64,000 nt of DNA from Oligoflexales bacterium (GCA_965215515.1 OZ244057.1:1632001-1696000); one strand, 5' to 3'; positions 19,358 to 29,253 are shown, numbered from the stretch's first letter. The notes: generated by a model not told the origin, from the letters alone. A program made the numbers and translations.

Positions 19358-19693
19358 AACAATGCCAACGTATGCCTCAACAGCTCCTGCTGTCAAGGAG
19401 AGAGGATAGTTATGCGAGGATGTTAGCTCTAGTGCAGGTTATAGCTGCTTGATATTACTATTGTTGTGTATAACCCTCCTCACATCTTTGGTAGTATCTT
19501 ATCTCCATTGCCCCTGTGTTGGTCAGAAATCTGTTAGGGAGATCAGCAACTAATATACTGACAGGGGGAGGGAACGGGGCAATCTCGTTTCTTTCTGAGA
19601 AAAACATAGTATTTTCCAAGAAAAAATCTAAATTATCTTGTAAGTTTCTCCGATAACAAGTATGGTTATAAGTATGAGGATTAGGAGGAGATC

Positions 19694-20173
19694 ATGGCTA
19701 TTGCAACAAAGAGAGGAGTTTTGCCCGCAACTCTATCGAGCTTGGAGTTTGAACAGGGGCGTTGGGCAACAGCTCGTACTACCAATGTTGAAAAGATTGC
19801 AGATACTTGGCGTAAGAACCCGAACTTGGTGAGGGTCTTCAGAGACCCCAAGTTTGGCCGTAACGAGATGGTGCTAATGCGTAAGGACAAGTTTGAACAT
19901 ATGTTCAAGCTACTGCGTGACTTGCAGAATGCTCAAGCTGCTGTTCAGCTTGATATGAGTACGTTGTTCCAAGCAGTTGAGGCTATGCAGTCTCTTGTTG
20001 AGACAAGGGCACAAGAACTACCAGAAAGCGTGAGTAAGCCGATGGCAAAGATGACGAAGCTCATCGTCAACATACGCAGCAGGATTCCTGCCAAGATCGT
20101 TGTTCGTTCGCCAAGACGTAAGTTGCAACCATCGCCACTGAGTAAAGAAGAGCAAATGCCTCTGGAGGATTGA
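19694..20173 (+). CDS. Hypothetical protein, possible Phd/YefM-like antitoxin
   Basis: Strong AGGAGG RBS; VRVF...EMVLMRKDKFEHM resembles the Phd beta-beta-helix pattern. Confidence 0.55.
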   Translation: MAIATKRGVLPATLSSLEFEQGRWATARTTNVEKIADTWRKNPNLVRVFRDPKFGRNEMVLMRKDKFEHMFKLLRDLQNAQAAVQLDMSTLFQAVEAMQSLVETRAQELPESVSKPMAKMTKLIVNIRSRIPAKIVVRSPRRKLQPSPLSKEEQMPLED

Positions 20174-20179
20174 TCTCTG

Positions 20180-20872
20180 TTGTCTAAAAGACCACTTGAT
20201 GAACAATTCAACAACCTAGTGGAAGAACTTGCAAAGAGTTCACATGGTTCGTCTAAGCTTGGTGAAGTAAAGGAATTCTTGAACAAAGAGCTGAAGGGAA
20301 CAGCAAACAGAGAATCTTTTCTTCTGCCAAAATTATTGCAGGAGGCTGTTGTCTGGGAAGATGTAAAAGATTCAATTTGGAAAAGTTCAAAAGCTCAAAA
20401 AGAAAATAAATTCCCCTTCCTTCAAGGTGATGTGGTCGGTACAGAAATCGTTATGAGGCTAGGGGAAGCGCAAACCTCACAAAAACATGGTATTTGGTTG
20501 GTGTTATCACCAGATTGTGATTGTGTGCGTTCGTCTTTTATACGAGTTGTCCCTGTTTTTCCTGTCTACAGTGTCAGCAAATCAACTGAAGCCAAACAAA
20601 GGTTTGGGCACTCGCTTAAACTCAGTACTTTAAAGGCATTTCCACTGCCGAAGTTGCCTTCTGATACGGAAGACGAACTGAGAGGTTACTTTGCTGATTT
20701 TGGAGAGCCTTTCTATATTGAGCAAGGATCAGCATCAGTAGCAACTCCTTATGCATCTATGACGGTAACGGGTTGGCATCTCTTGAACGCAATAATTCAA
20801 GAGAAGGAAACAAGAGCTGTCAATATGGAGGAAGCCGTAGCTATTCGCTCAAGAGACATTGGTTTGCATTGA
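20180..20872 (+). CDS. Hypothetical protein with possible PemK/MazF-like fold
   Basis: LQGDVV...WLVLSPDCD...IRVVPV pattern; GGAGG RBS; coupled to the preceding gene. Confidence 0.55.
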   Translation: MSKRPLDEQFNNLVEELAKSSHGSSKLGEVKEFLNKELKGTANRESFLLPKLLQEAVVWEDVKDSIWKSSKAQKENKFPFLQGDVVGTEIVMRLGEAQTSQKHGIWLVLSPDCDCVRSSFIRVVPVFPVYSVSKSTEAKQRFGHSLKLSTLKAFPLPKLPSDTEDELRGYFADFGEPFYIEQGSASVATPYASMTVTGWHLLNAIIQEKETRAVNMEEAVAIRSRDIGLH

Positions 20873-21340
20873 GTAGGTGTGTGCCGAGATACTGGTAGTG
20901 GAGATACAGAAGGAAATGGTCGGTACTATGATAGATGGCATTCGTTGTCTTTACCTATACTGCCGTAATTTGTTGGTAGGTAGAAAACAGTTAAAGTTGA
21001 AACTATCTGGAGATGATTTGCCGAGTAAATCAACAGCTCTAATAATAGTGAACAAAGGCTATTATTCCCCTTATTTTGAGAGCTGTGTATCACTACAATG
21101 CCAGACAGCTATAATAGTGTTTGCCAATATCACAAAGTTGACCAAACTAAGCGTGCTTTTGCACTTACAGAGTGAGACAAAACAGCTTTGCTACCCACTG
21201 GTGGTGAGTACAACAATAGATCACTCATCACCACCTATCATTACACTAGTCAATTTGTTTGGAAATAATCTGTTTCGTGTTTACGACAACCCTGTGAGTG
21301 GATTAGGCAGTATGCTGTGCTACTAGAAGGTGTATAAAAT

Positions 21341-22066
21341 ATGATTACAAGCAATGTTATTCAAAGGACATTCCAGCTCAGAACTTCATGTGCAACCTTT
21401 ACAGGGTTCACAATTGATGTTAGCGGCAGGCAGTATCTTTGTACAGCAAAACACTGTTTGCTGTCTGATGCTAGTTCAGAAAACTTCCAGCACATAGAAG
21501 TTTTCCATAACGAGAAATGGAAGCCCTTGAAAGTAAGGTTAGTTGGCTTCGGGTCAGAAGATACGGATGTATGCGTTCTCACGTCAGAGCAAAGGCTGTC
21601 TCCGTCTCATCCACTGGAGCCAACAACGGCTGGTATTGCCTATGGGCAGGATGTCTACTTCCTTGGCTTTCCCTATGAGATGAGGTTCGTAGTAAAAGTA
21701 AATAACGGATTTCCTGTTCCGTTTGTAAAGCAAGCGACATTATCAGCTCTTTCATCTCCATATGAAAAGCAAAGGATTTTGTATTTGGATGGGCATAACA
21801 ATCCAGGATTTTCTGGTGGCCCCGTAGTGTTTAGAAAAAGTGGTGATTTACAAAGTGGTTTCTGCGTAGCATCAGTCATTAGTGGATATAGGGAGGATAA
21901 AAAATACATAGTCGCTGGTGATAAAAGAGGTGTGATGTCAATTGATATAGGAGACGGAAAACGCAAGCCACTGGAAGTGTACCTGAACACTGGGATTATT
22001 ATTTCATACGATATCTACCATGCTATCGATGCAATAAAAAAGAATCCGATTGGAGTGAAAGTATAG
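21341..22066 (+). CDS. Cytoplasmic trypsin-like serine protease
   Basis: Catalytic triad motifs TAKHC, DVCVL, PGFSGGPV; no signal peptide. Confidence 0.88.
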   Translation: MITSNVIQRTFQLRTSCATFTGFTIDVSGRQYLCTAKHCLLSDASSENFQHIEVFHNEKWKPLKVRLVGFGSEDTDVCVLTSEQRLSPSHPLEPTTAGIAYGQDVYFLGFPYEMRFVVKVNNGFPVPFVKQATLSALSSPYEKQRILYLDGHNNPGFSGGPVVFRKSGDLQSGFCVASVISGYREDKKYIVAGDKRGVMSIDIGDGKRKPLEVYLNTGIIISYDIYHAIDAIKKNPIGVKV

Positions 22067-22067
22067 T

Positions 22068-23543
22068 ATGTTGAAAACAATTTTGTTTGACAAGTCTGTG
22101 ATAGAGAGTCTGAAGCCAGATAAAGCCAGAGAGCTTGCTGAAATCTACTCCGTTGTTCTACCACCCATATTGATTGATGAGATGATATCTATGTTAGCTA
22201 AAGAGAAGAAAGGAGCTAGAGACCCCGAAAAAATCTTGAAAAGCATTGCAAGAAAGTCGATCAACAGCTCTCTAGTTTTGCCACACGCACGTTTGTTAGC
22301 AAAGAAAAATCTGTTGGGCGAAACAATACCCGTAGACGGGAGAGTACTTTTTATGGGAGGAGAGTTGTTTCGTCAAAGAGATGGGGCGTTCGGGATGCAT
22401 TACGACACCACTAAGGACAAAAAGCCTCTTTTAGATTGGAGCAGGGGAAAATTCTCTAGCTACCGTGGTAAGGCTAGTGACATCAGGCATAGACAACATG
22501 AATTTGATTACAAAAAATATCATAATGAATCTTCAGATGTTTTTAATCGTCTTCCTAAGTTTAAGACTATGGGTGAATTTACAGAGTGGTTTGATAACAT
22601 CCATCTGGCAAATATGTCACCAGAACGCCTTTTCAACATGATAATGCAGGATTTGCTTAACGATAAAGAAAAAGCTAAAGTTAAAGAAAATTGGAAAAGA
22701 TCAGGTAAAACCCCCCAAGAACTTTTCCCTTACGCTTTCCACTATGCCCGCGTTAACCACTGGTTTTTTGGTGCTATTGGAATGGTGCGTAATTCAGGTT
22801 TAACCTCAAAGGAGGCAAAGTTCCATATCGATATACAATATTTGTATTACCTTCCATTTTGTAAAATATTTACAACTTCAGACAAACTGCTTTTTGCCGC
22901 AGCTCAGGTGTTTAAGCTTCCTGGTCAAAGCATTGTATCAGGAACAGAAGTGAAGGAAGACCTTGCAAAAATTTGTAAGATCAAAGAGCAGAACAGTTCC
23001 AATAAAGTTACTTTGGAGGAAGTTAGAAAACTATCAGGGGGTGAGATTCTTCAGGACTGGCAATCTATCCAGCTGAGTCGCCAAACGGGAGAGCCTGATA
23101 AGCATGATGAAAATTCAACGAAAAGGTTTGGTGAAGAAGTTTTTGTGAACTCTGACACACAAGAAAGCATCATAAAACGCAATGGGAAAAATAAAAGTAT
23201 CTATCACCAATGCGTAAATTTTGCGGATGAAACGCTAAAAATAGCTGGTTATTACGAGCATGGGGATTGGAATGATTTAAAGGAACACTTCACTGGCGAT
23301 ACTGTGAAGCAAATTTATGATCTCCATGCAGATATATGGCATCCAAGCGATCCATTAAAGGAACTTGCTTCTGATCTCATAGATAAAAAATTCCAAAGAT
23401 ACCTTTATCTTGGTGGAATTGAACCACATGATGTTCTTCAGCAGGTTTTTAGATGGAGTTTGTACCTCGACCAAATCCTCATTCCAGATGTGGTGAAGCT
23501 ATCCAAATCTGAAATCAACCCTTCCCTGTCAGTTTTTGGGTAA
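22068..23543 (+). CDS. Hypothetical protein: PIN-like N-terminal domain plus a probably truncated second domain
   Basis: ILFDKS...LIDEM...DIQYLYYLPFCKIFTTSDK acidic pattern; starts 1 bp after the protease stop; last ~17 aa look unrelated. Confidence 0.55.
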   Translation: MLKTILFDKSVIESLKPDKARELAEIYSVVLPPILIDEMISMLAKEKKGARDPEKILKSIARKSINSSLVLPHARLLAKKNLLGETIPVDGRVLFMGGELFRQRDGAFGMHYDTTKDKKPLLDWSRGKFSSYRGKASDIRHRQHEFDYKKYHNESSDVFNRLPKFKTMGEFTEWFDNIHLANMSPERLFNMIMQDLLNDKEKAKVKENWKRSGKTPQELFPYAFHYARVNHWFFGAIGMVRNSGLTSKEAKFHIDIQYLYYLPFCKIFTTSDKLLFAAAQVFKLPGQSIVSGTEVKEDLAKICKIKEQNSSNKVTLEEVRKLSGGEILQDWQSIQLSRQTGEPDKHDENSTKRFGEEVFVNSDTQESIIKRNGKNKSIYHQCVNFADETLKIAGYYEHGDWNDLKEHFTGDTVKQIYDLHADIWHPSDPLKELASDLIDKKFQRYLYLGGIEPHDVLQQVFRWSLYLDQILIPDVVKLSKSEINPSLSVFG

Positions 23544-23651
23544 GCTCCTCGGTAGAGGATAAACCCTTATCGATGCGTTCGATAGCGGCTTTCTGCACGA
23601 AGGGCAAAAGTTTCTTGGCCGCGCAGCCTGCCCCAGATAATAGCAGAGTTA

Positions 23652-24100
23652 TCATGATGAGACTAGTGCCGCCCTCCTGCCCCTATCCATGTAAACCCCC
23701 TCCCGCCTGAGAATTGCGGTAACCGTGCTGTGATCCCAGCCCTTGCCTTGCCGCTTGGTGGGGATTTTCATAGTATCCAGCAGCCTAGCGATAGCCGCAG
23801 TTCCGATGCCTTCGGCATACATCTTTTTGATGGCAGCGATGGTGCGCAGCTCACGCTGGTGATCTACGGCTTTGCCGCTAGTACGCCGCTTGCCGTAAAT
23901 TCTCCAGTGGTCTTTGTGGTATTTGTTCTGCTCTCGCAACGGAATCTCATACTTCAAGAGCAGGCTTCTGATCCGTGTCTTTGAGCACGAAAATTCATTA
24001 GCAATGTCCCGCATTGAGAGGCGATCTTCGAGGTATTTCTGTTTGAGCACGTGTTTGGAAGCAAGCAGGGATGTGATATAAGCATCTAATTCTATGTAGA
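23652..24100 (-). CDS. Stand-alone HTH + Recombinase (PF07508-like) DNA-binding domain protein
   Basis: LKQKYLEDRLSMRDIANEFSCSKTRI...YGKR...ELRTIAAIKKMYAEG...IARLL...IPTKRQGKGWDHSTVTAIL; true start uncertain, ORF track runs from 24242. Confidence 0.65.
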
Positions 24101-24139
24101 ACTTTATATTGCGCACGGATATTGCACAAAGACTGTCCT

Positions 24140-24330
24140 GAACGACCAGTCCCGCCGCTATGCAATTTGTGACCTCATCATCCCCGCTAGGTGTGGATAA
24201 GTTTTTGAAAATGAACTGTAGACGCACTTTTGCCTCGTCCATAGGCTAGCCCTGTTAAAATCCTTTCCTTGCTTGCTCTTGATACCTCTCGATTTGCACA
24301 GATCAAGCAGAGTTTTATATCTGTCCACTG
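24140..24330 (-). pseudogene. Remnant of a large serine recombinase (recombinase-domain piece joined to the C-terminal tail)
   Basis: LCKSRGIKSKQGKDFNRASL abuts DEAKVRLQFIFKNLSTP..EVTNC, which aligns with the tail at 52840-52995. Confidence 0.5.
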
Positions 24331-24697
24331 TGAGGGTTATTCTCGCGTATTTATCATTCATGATTGTTGCACAGCCTGTCGCCACCGGTAGCAACAGCAC
24401 CAGTAAGTACAGCCCAATACATTTCAAAGTATCTTTCATGGCAGGAGTATCGACTAGACTTTACTACTTACTTAGTGAAGACTTCGCGGCTACATCTCAG
24501 ATGAGCTTGTCATTCTGAAATAAAATGTCAAAATAAGATGAATAAACTGTGGATTGGTGTAGCACTCTCTTACTCATTGCTATCAATTATATTAATCAAT
24601 TTTATGGAAACTATCATCTTTAGTGGTAGTTGACACACCCTTTATTCAAAATAAGTCTCTACCTAACCTCTGCCAGAAGGAAAGGATTTCTCTAAAA

Positions 24698-24719
24698 GCT
24701 TTTTACGGGGGCATCTACA
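24698..24719 (-). mobile_element. 22-bp stub of an IS terminal inverted repeat
   Basis: GCTTTTTACGGGGGCATCTACA is identical to the terminus of the 94-bp repeats at 47034 and 49186. Confidence 0.6.
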
Positions 24720-24749
24720 TAACCACTAAAATCTTCACGGACACCATGA

Positions 24750-24872
24750 TTGTTATGAATATCGCGATTTTCCTGAACATCTTGATATTCACAGTTACAT
24801 GTTGCACGTGAATATTTCGGTTTTTGCAAGAACTTTGTTTAATATGTGAATTATAATAACTGTGAATATCAT
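24750..24872. promoter_or_regulatory. AT-rich cluster of TGAATAT-like repeats (candidate parS/par operator)
   Basis: About six TGAA(T/C)AT-like motifs, one of them inverted, upstream of parA. Confidence 0.45.
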
Positions 24873-24975
24873 AATAGGTAGAACAAGAAAAAAAAATATA
24901 TCTATCAGTATAGACACGAGTAGCGGCAGAGTGCTAGCATAGGTGTAGAACGCACTTGAACAAGGGAAATCTGCT

Positions 24976-25746
24976 GTGCCGACGATAGTCGTTGCGTCGC
25001 CGAAGGGCGGTTGCGGGAAATCCACGACGGCAGTGTTGTTAGGTACTGAGCTGGCGCGCGCAGGTGTCGAGGTTGCCTTTCTCGATTGTGACCCGAACCG
25101 TTCGTTGACTATGTGGGCGACCAAAGGTAAGTTACCGCCGCGCATCACCGTGCAGTGCGGCATCAGCGAGGCTAATGTGGTGCAAGCGATCAAGGACAAG
25201 GAAAGCCGCAATCGCTTCGTTATCGTCGATCTTGAGGGCATCGCGGCACGGATTATCCCACGAGCAATATCGCAGGCCGATTTGGTGATAACACCGATGC
25301 GGGCAACGGCACTCGATGCTACCGTCGGGGTGCAGACCGTATCTCTAATTGCGCGGCAAGAAGAGATACTGGAGCGCGAGATCAAGCATGTGGTTGTGTT
25401 CACCATGACCCGCGGCACACTTACCAAACAACACCGCGAGATCGAACACTCGCTCAGAGAGCTGGGCATTACGGTGATTAAACCGCCGTTGCTGGAGCGA
25501 GCTGCGTTTGCCGCCCTGTTTGCCTTCGGTGGTGATTTGAGCACTATTCCCCAACAGGGAGTTATGGATAAGGCGTTTCAAAACGCCCGCGAGTTTTGTC
25601 AAGCGATTCTCGACCAGCTGAAGGAGGTAGAACGTGTCCAGAAAAAAAAGCCCCCCGCCGATCAAAATCGATCCGCAAGATTACGTTCCGCAAGATTACG
25701 TGTTGCAAGACAAAAACGACAATCACTCGACCATGCACAGACTTGA
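24976..25746 (+). CDS. parA: Type Ib ParA partition ATPase
   Basis: SPKGGCGKST deviant Walker A, DCDPN, IVDLEG, ADLVITPM. Confidence 0.92.
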   Translation: MPTIVVASPKGGCGKSTTAVLLGTELARAGVEVAFLDCDPNRSLTMWATKGKLPPRITVQCGISEANVVQAIKDKESRNRFVIVDLEGIAARIIPRAISQADLVITPMRATALDATVGVQTVSLIARQEEILEREIKHVVVFTMTRGTLTKQHREIEHSLRELGITVIKPPLLERAAFAALFAFGGDLSTIPQQGVMDKAFQNAREFCQAILDQLKEVERVQKKKPPADQNRSARLRSARLRVARQKRQSLDHAQT

Positions 25747-26062
25747 TGCTGTCGCGGCGGATCAAGGCTACGTGACACGGAGGGTGCGCAGGCGCAGGAT
25801 TACACCCAATCCGCGCACGCGGCAGGTGCACGCCAAGGTGTTGCCCCATATCTACGAGGAGATTTTGCTCGAATCCAAACGGCGTGGCGTGCAGCAGGGG
25901 GTTTTGCTTGAGGAGATGTGGAGCGCAAGAATTAAGCCACATGTTTACTGGCAGATTACACAGGAAGCAGAGAGCCGCGGCGTTAGTCAAGGAACACTGA
26001 TTGAAGAGGCGTGGCAAGCATACCGAGAAGCGGAGACGCGGAGTAGTGGAGCGCGGCAATAG
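25634..26062 (+). CDS. ParA partner, probable RHH-type centromere-binding protein
   Basis: AAGGAGG RBS; internally duplicated motif ESKRRGVQQGVLLEEMW / EAESRGVSQGTLIEEAW; follows parA. Confidence 0.65.
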   Translation: MSRKKSPPPIKIDPQDYVPQDYVLQDKNDNHSTMHRLDAVAADQGYVTRRVRRRRITPNPRTRQVHAKVLPHIYEEILLESKRRGVQQGVLLEEMWSARIKPHVYWQITQEAESRGVSQGTLIEEAWQAYREAETRSSGARQ

Positions 26063-27738
26063 TGATTGGTGTTGGACTTGTTGAGCTGGAATCTGAAGTC
26101 TCTACGGAGACGGAAGAAATATATTGCTCAGGCCCCGGTTGTTACGACGGCGTGCGCATTTGGAATGATGGCGGTAAGACAGAGGCGGAGAGGTGTTCTG
26201 ATTGTAAGCGCAGCGCACCTGCTGACGAGCATTTGCAGCCAGAACTGCTAGCAAAAGAAATTTCCCAATCTGGTCTTCCCGCCCGTTTTGCCGATGCTAC
26301 CTATGGCGGTAGGTCTTTCGACGAAGTAGCACCTGAGGTGTTACAAGAGTGGCTCGCTGAAATTTGCGCCAAGCCGCGTGAGGGTGGGCACTGTATTTTT
26401 CTTTGCGGTAGTGTGGGCAACGGCAAAACTCATCTTGCCAGCGATTGCTTGAAGCGATTCGTGCTTACTACCGGCAGAAATGCCCGCTATCTAACGGCCA
26501 CTGCGCTGGTCGAGGGTGAACGGGATGCGCGCATATTTGCGGACAGGTTAGACACACGGCGGAAAGATAGACTTGAGTATTTAGATCAGGTGTTGAAATT
26601 TGCTGGTTTGGTTGTCCTTGATGAGATCAAGGAGGGCGTGAGCGCGGCAGGGATGGGTTACCTTGAAAAGTTTATCGACCATCGTTATCAATCGGGCTTG
26701 CCGACGGTTTTCATCAGCAACTATACATTTGATGCGCAGACCTCATACAAGGGTGTTCCGATTACGAAGGTTTTCAGCCCGCGAATCGTTGATAGGTTGC
26801 GGTCTTCGCTGTATTGTGAGTTCACAGGGGAGAGTAGGCGTGGGATTAAGACACCAACGAAGGCAGAAGTGAGCGAGTATTGCTTTCCCAAATCGATATT
26901 GGCGCAGAAAGATGGCGAACTGCAGATTTTGCGGTGGGTGACCAGAAATCCTATTTTTGAGGCAATTAGACGAGATCAGAGGAAAATAGCACAGGACTCT
27001 GATGGTAACTTGCTCTACGAATATGGTATCCCTGTAGATGTTGGCCGCGGTAAACCGCGAGTGAGCCGTGATATTTGGCAAAAGGGTGATAGGTTGATCA
27101 TGAGCGGCCCAATCTTGAATGAAACCGATTTGAAAACCTACGTGGTTTGCATGGAACTGCTCAGGCAAGAGCACCGCAGAGGAAACTTAGGCTTGAGTAT
27201 CAAGCTTGATTCTCAGATTATTATGACAGCTCTTGGTAGAAAATCAAACAACTAAGATAACAAGAAAGCACTGCACCGCAGTTTATTGCGGATTTCTCTA
27301 GCAAGCATTAGTTACGCTGACAACGTAGGTAGAGAGTGGACGGGGCCACTTTTCTATTTTTATAGACAGAATGTCAATATTGACTACTACGAGATAACGT
27401 TTAACAAGTACATGATACCTTTCTACGATACCTTCGAGTATACGAAACTACATCGCAAACTTTTTGATGCTAAGATAGGCACGGCTGGCGTGACGATGCA
27501 GACGTTTGTGCGCTCGCACAAGGGCGACACCTTTGATTTGATGAACGTTGATCGTTGGATGGAATTCCTGGATTTCAACAGGATGTTCGTCAAGTCTTCT
27601 GACGAGAAGAAAGCAAGAAGGTTTCGCCGCATGAAATTCGCGGAACTCATAAAAAAGCAAATAGATGCCGGGCTCCTGACTCCGGATTCTGCTCTAAAAC
27701 GCGGCAACAAGGTTTCGCTGACAATCGTTCCCTTCTGA
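26062..27738 (+). pseudogene. Replication initiator: DnaC/IstB-like AAA+ ATPase fused to a TrfA-like domain, with one in-frame TAA at 27253
   Basis: CGSVGNGKTHLA, VVLDEI, PTVFISN, RIVDRLR; then GPILNETDLKTY...ALGRKSNN*DNKKALHRSLLRI...YTKL...FVRSH, all in one frame. Confidence 0.75.
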
Positions 27739-27742
27739 ATTT

Positions 27743-27838
27743 TTATCCACAGTTTGCACAAAATTTGAGCAAAACAACCACGCTGTTTATGGTTGCAAAC
27801 CACGCTGTTTATGGTTGCACTTTTTTCTGTTATCCACA
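27743..27838 (+). other. Iteron-type replication origin (oriV)
   Basis: Perfect DnaA boxes TTATCCACA at 27743 and 27830 flank two exact tandem 22-bp repeats AACCACGCTGTTTATGGTTGCA (27776-27819). Confidence 0.75.
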
Positions 27839-28385
27839 CCCACCACTCCATATAATTGCTGCAACACAAGGCAAACAAGGCGCTGGTTAATTTTTGCACA
27901 CCTCCTATAGACATATTTTAGACATGTACTTAAACCTAAATATAGGCAGGGGTACTTAGACTCAGCACTAATCTGAGTGCACGTATACGCGCGTGCGCGC
28001 GAGGCTCGCGCAAATTTTGTGCAACTCAGAGGAATCGCCTAACGGCGATGATCTAGTTTGTCGGGGGCTTTGCCCCCAGACCCCCAGCCTCGCCGAACTA
28101 AAGGAGCTGCTCCCCCTACGCCCGCTGTCGTTTTCTGCGCTTGTCTCACAGCCTCGTCGGGAGTAAAGGGACGCTACGCTCTAAAGCCCTTGACTCCCTC
28201 CGTGATCGGCTGTGAGAACTGCACTTCGCCGACACGGGCTGGGGGAGCAGGAACATAACCCCTCGTTAAATGCCCCTAATTGCCCCTGTACGACGTTTTC
28301 AGCGGGCAAGTAATGCCTAATTCTTTCCGGAGGAAAGAAAATGCATCAGAATTGAGGTTTCGGCAACAAGCAAAGTGAACATCTC

Positions 28386-28410
28386 TTGACAGCAACATGG
28401 TTGCTTTCAA
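28386..28410. promoter_or_regulatory. Inverted repeat overlapping a -35 TTGACA upstream of the second abiEi
   Basis: TTGACAGCAAC-ATG-GTTGCTTTCAA, one mismatch. Confidence 0.55.
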
Positions 28411-28461
28411 CATCGCATTTAGTTTAAACTAGAGTAGTAACGTGAATAGTAGCTGAGCAAA

Positions 28462-29253
28462 ATGGCTTCCAAAATAAACCAAATTCTCACTGAATGGGCA
28501 CCGGGAGATTTACACTCCTTGTATTGGCTGAAGCAGAGGCGAGTTTCGCGCAGCTTAGCTAGGCACTATCACGATAATGGCTCGCTAGTCAGAATTAGTT
28601 CAGGCATCTACAAAAGGGCTGGAGAACAGCCCAGCTGGGCTGGTGGAGTTCGTCTTCTACAAGAAGAGCACCGAAAGAATTTCCATGTTTCAGGTAAAAC
28701 AGCACTAGAGCTCATAGGAGCAGGACACTTTGGTAGCCTAAGCAAACGACCCCAGATATTCCTCTCTTGCTACACAAAAATCAAGCCACCAATATGGCTG
28801 CAGTATAAACATTTTAATGGTAAGTTTGTAATCAAGAACTCTTCTATGTTCTCTCCTGCCTTTTTTCTGAACAACAAACAAACGCTGCTTGTAAAACATG
28901 AAATTCCATCAGGCATCAAAATAAAAATCTCTTGTCGTGAACTTGCAATACTAGAACTGATAAATCACATTGATCTAAAAAATTCACTGGAAACAGCAGA
29001 GAACTATGTAAACATGATGTATGGAGTTAGGTTTAAGCTCGTTCAGCAGCTTTTAGAGAACTGCATGTCCATCAAGGTCAAACGAGTATTTTTATATCTA
29101 TCTGAGAAAATCGGGCTCAAGTATTTTAACAGACTTGATCTACATAAGATAAATCTCGGAAAGGGCAAACGACAGATTGTAAAATACAACGCTACCCTAG
29201 ACAAAAAATATCTGATAACCGTTGACAAAGAACACGATGGAGATTTCTTATGA
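28462..29253 (+). CDS. Type IV TA antitoxin, AbiEi_3-like
   Basis: SKINQIL...GIYKRAG...HVSGKTALEL.G..HF...SCRELAILE...LLENCMSIKVKRVFLYL...INLGKGKR. Confidence 0.88.
   Translation: MASKINQILTEWAPGDLHSLYWLKQRRVSRSLARHYHDNGSLVRISSGIYKRAGEQPSWAGGVRLLQEEHRKNFHVSGKTALELIGAGHFGSLSKRPQIFLSCYTKIKPPIWLQYKHFNGKFVIKNSSMFSPAFFLNNKQTLLVKHEIPSGIKIKISCRELAILELINHIDLKNSLETAENYVNMMYGVRFKLVQQLLENCMSIKVKRVFLYLSEKIGLKYFNRLDLHKINLGKGKRQIVKYNATLDKKYLITVDKEHDGDFL

Noticed and set aside
20877..21326. 149-aa ORF
   Set aside because: GTG start, no motifs, unusual residue composition; overlaps hairpin-rich DNA.
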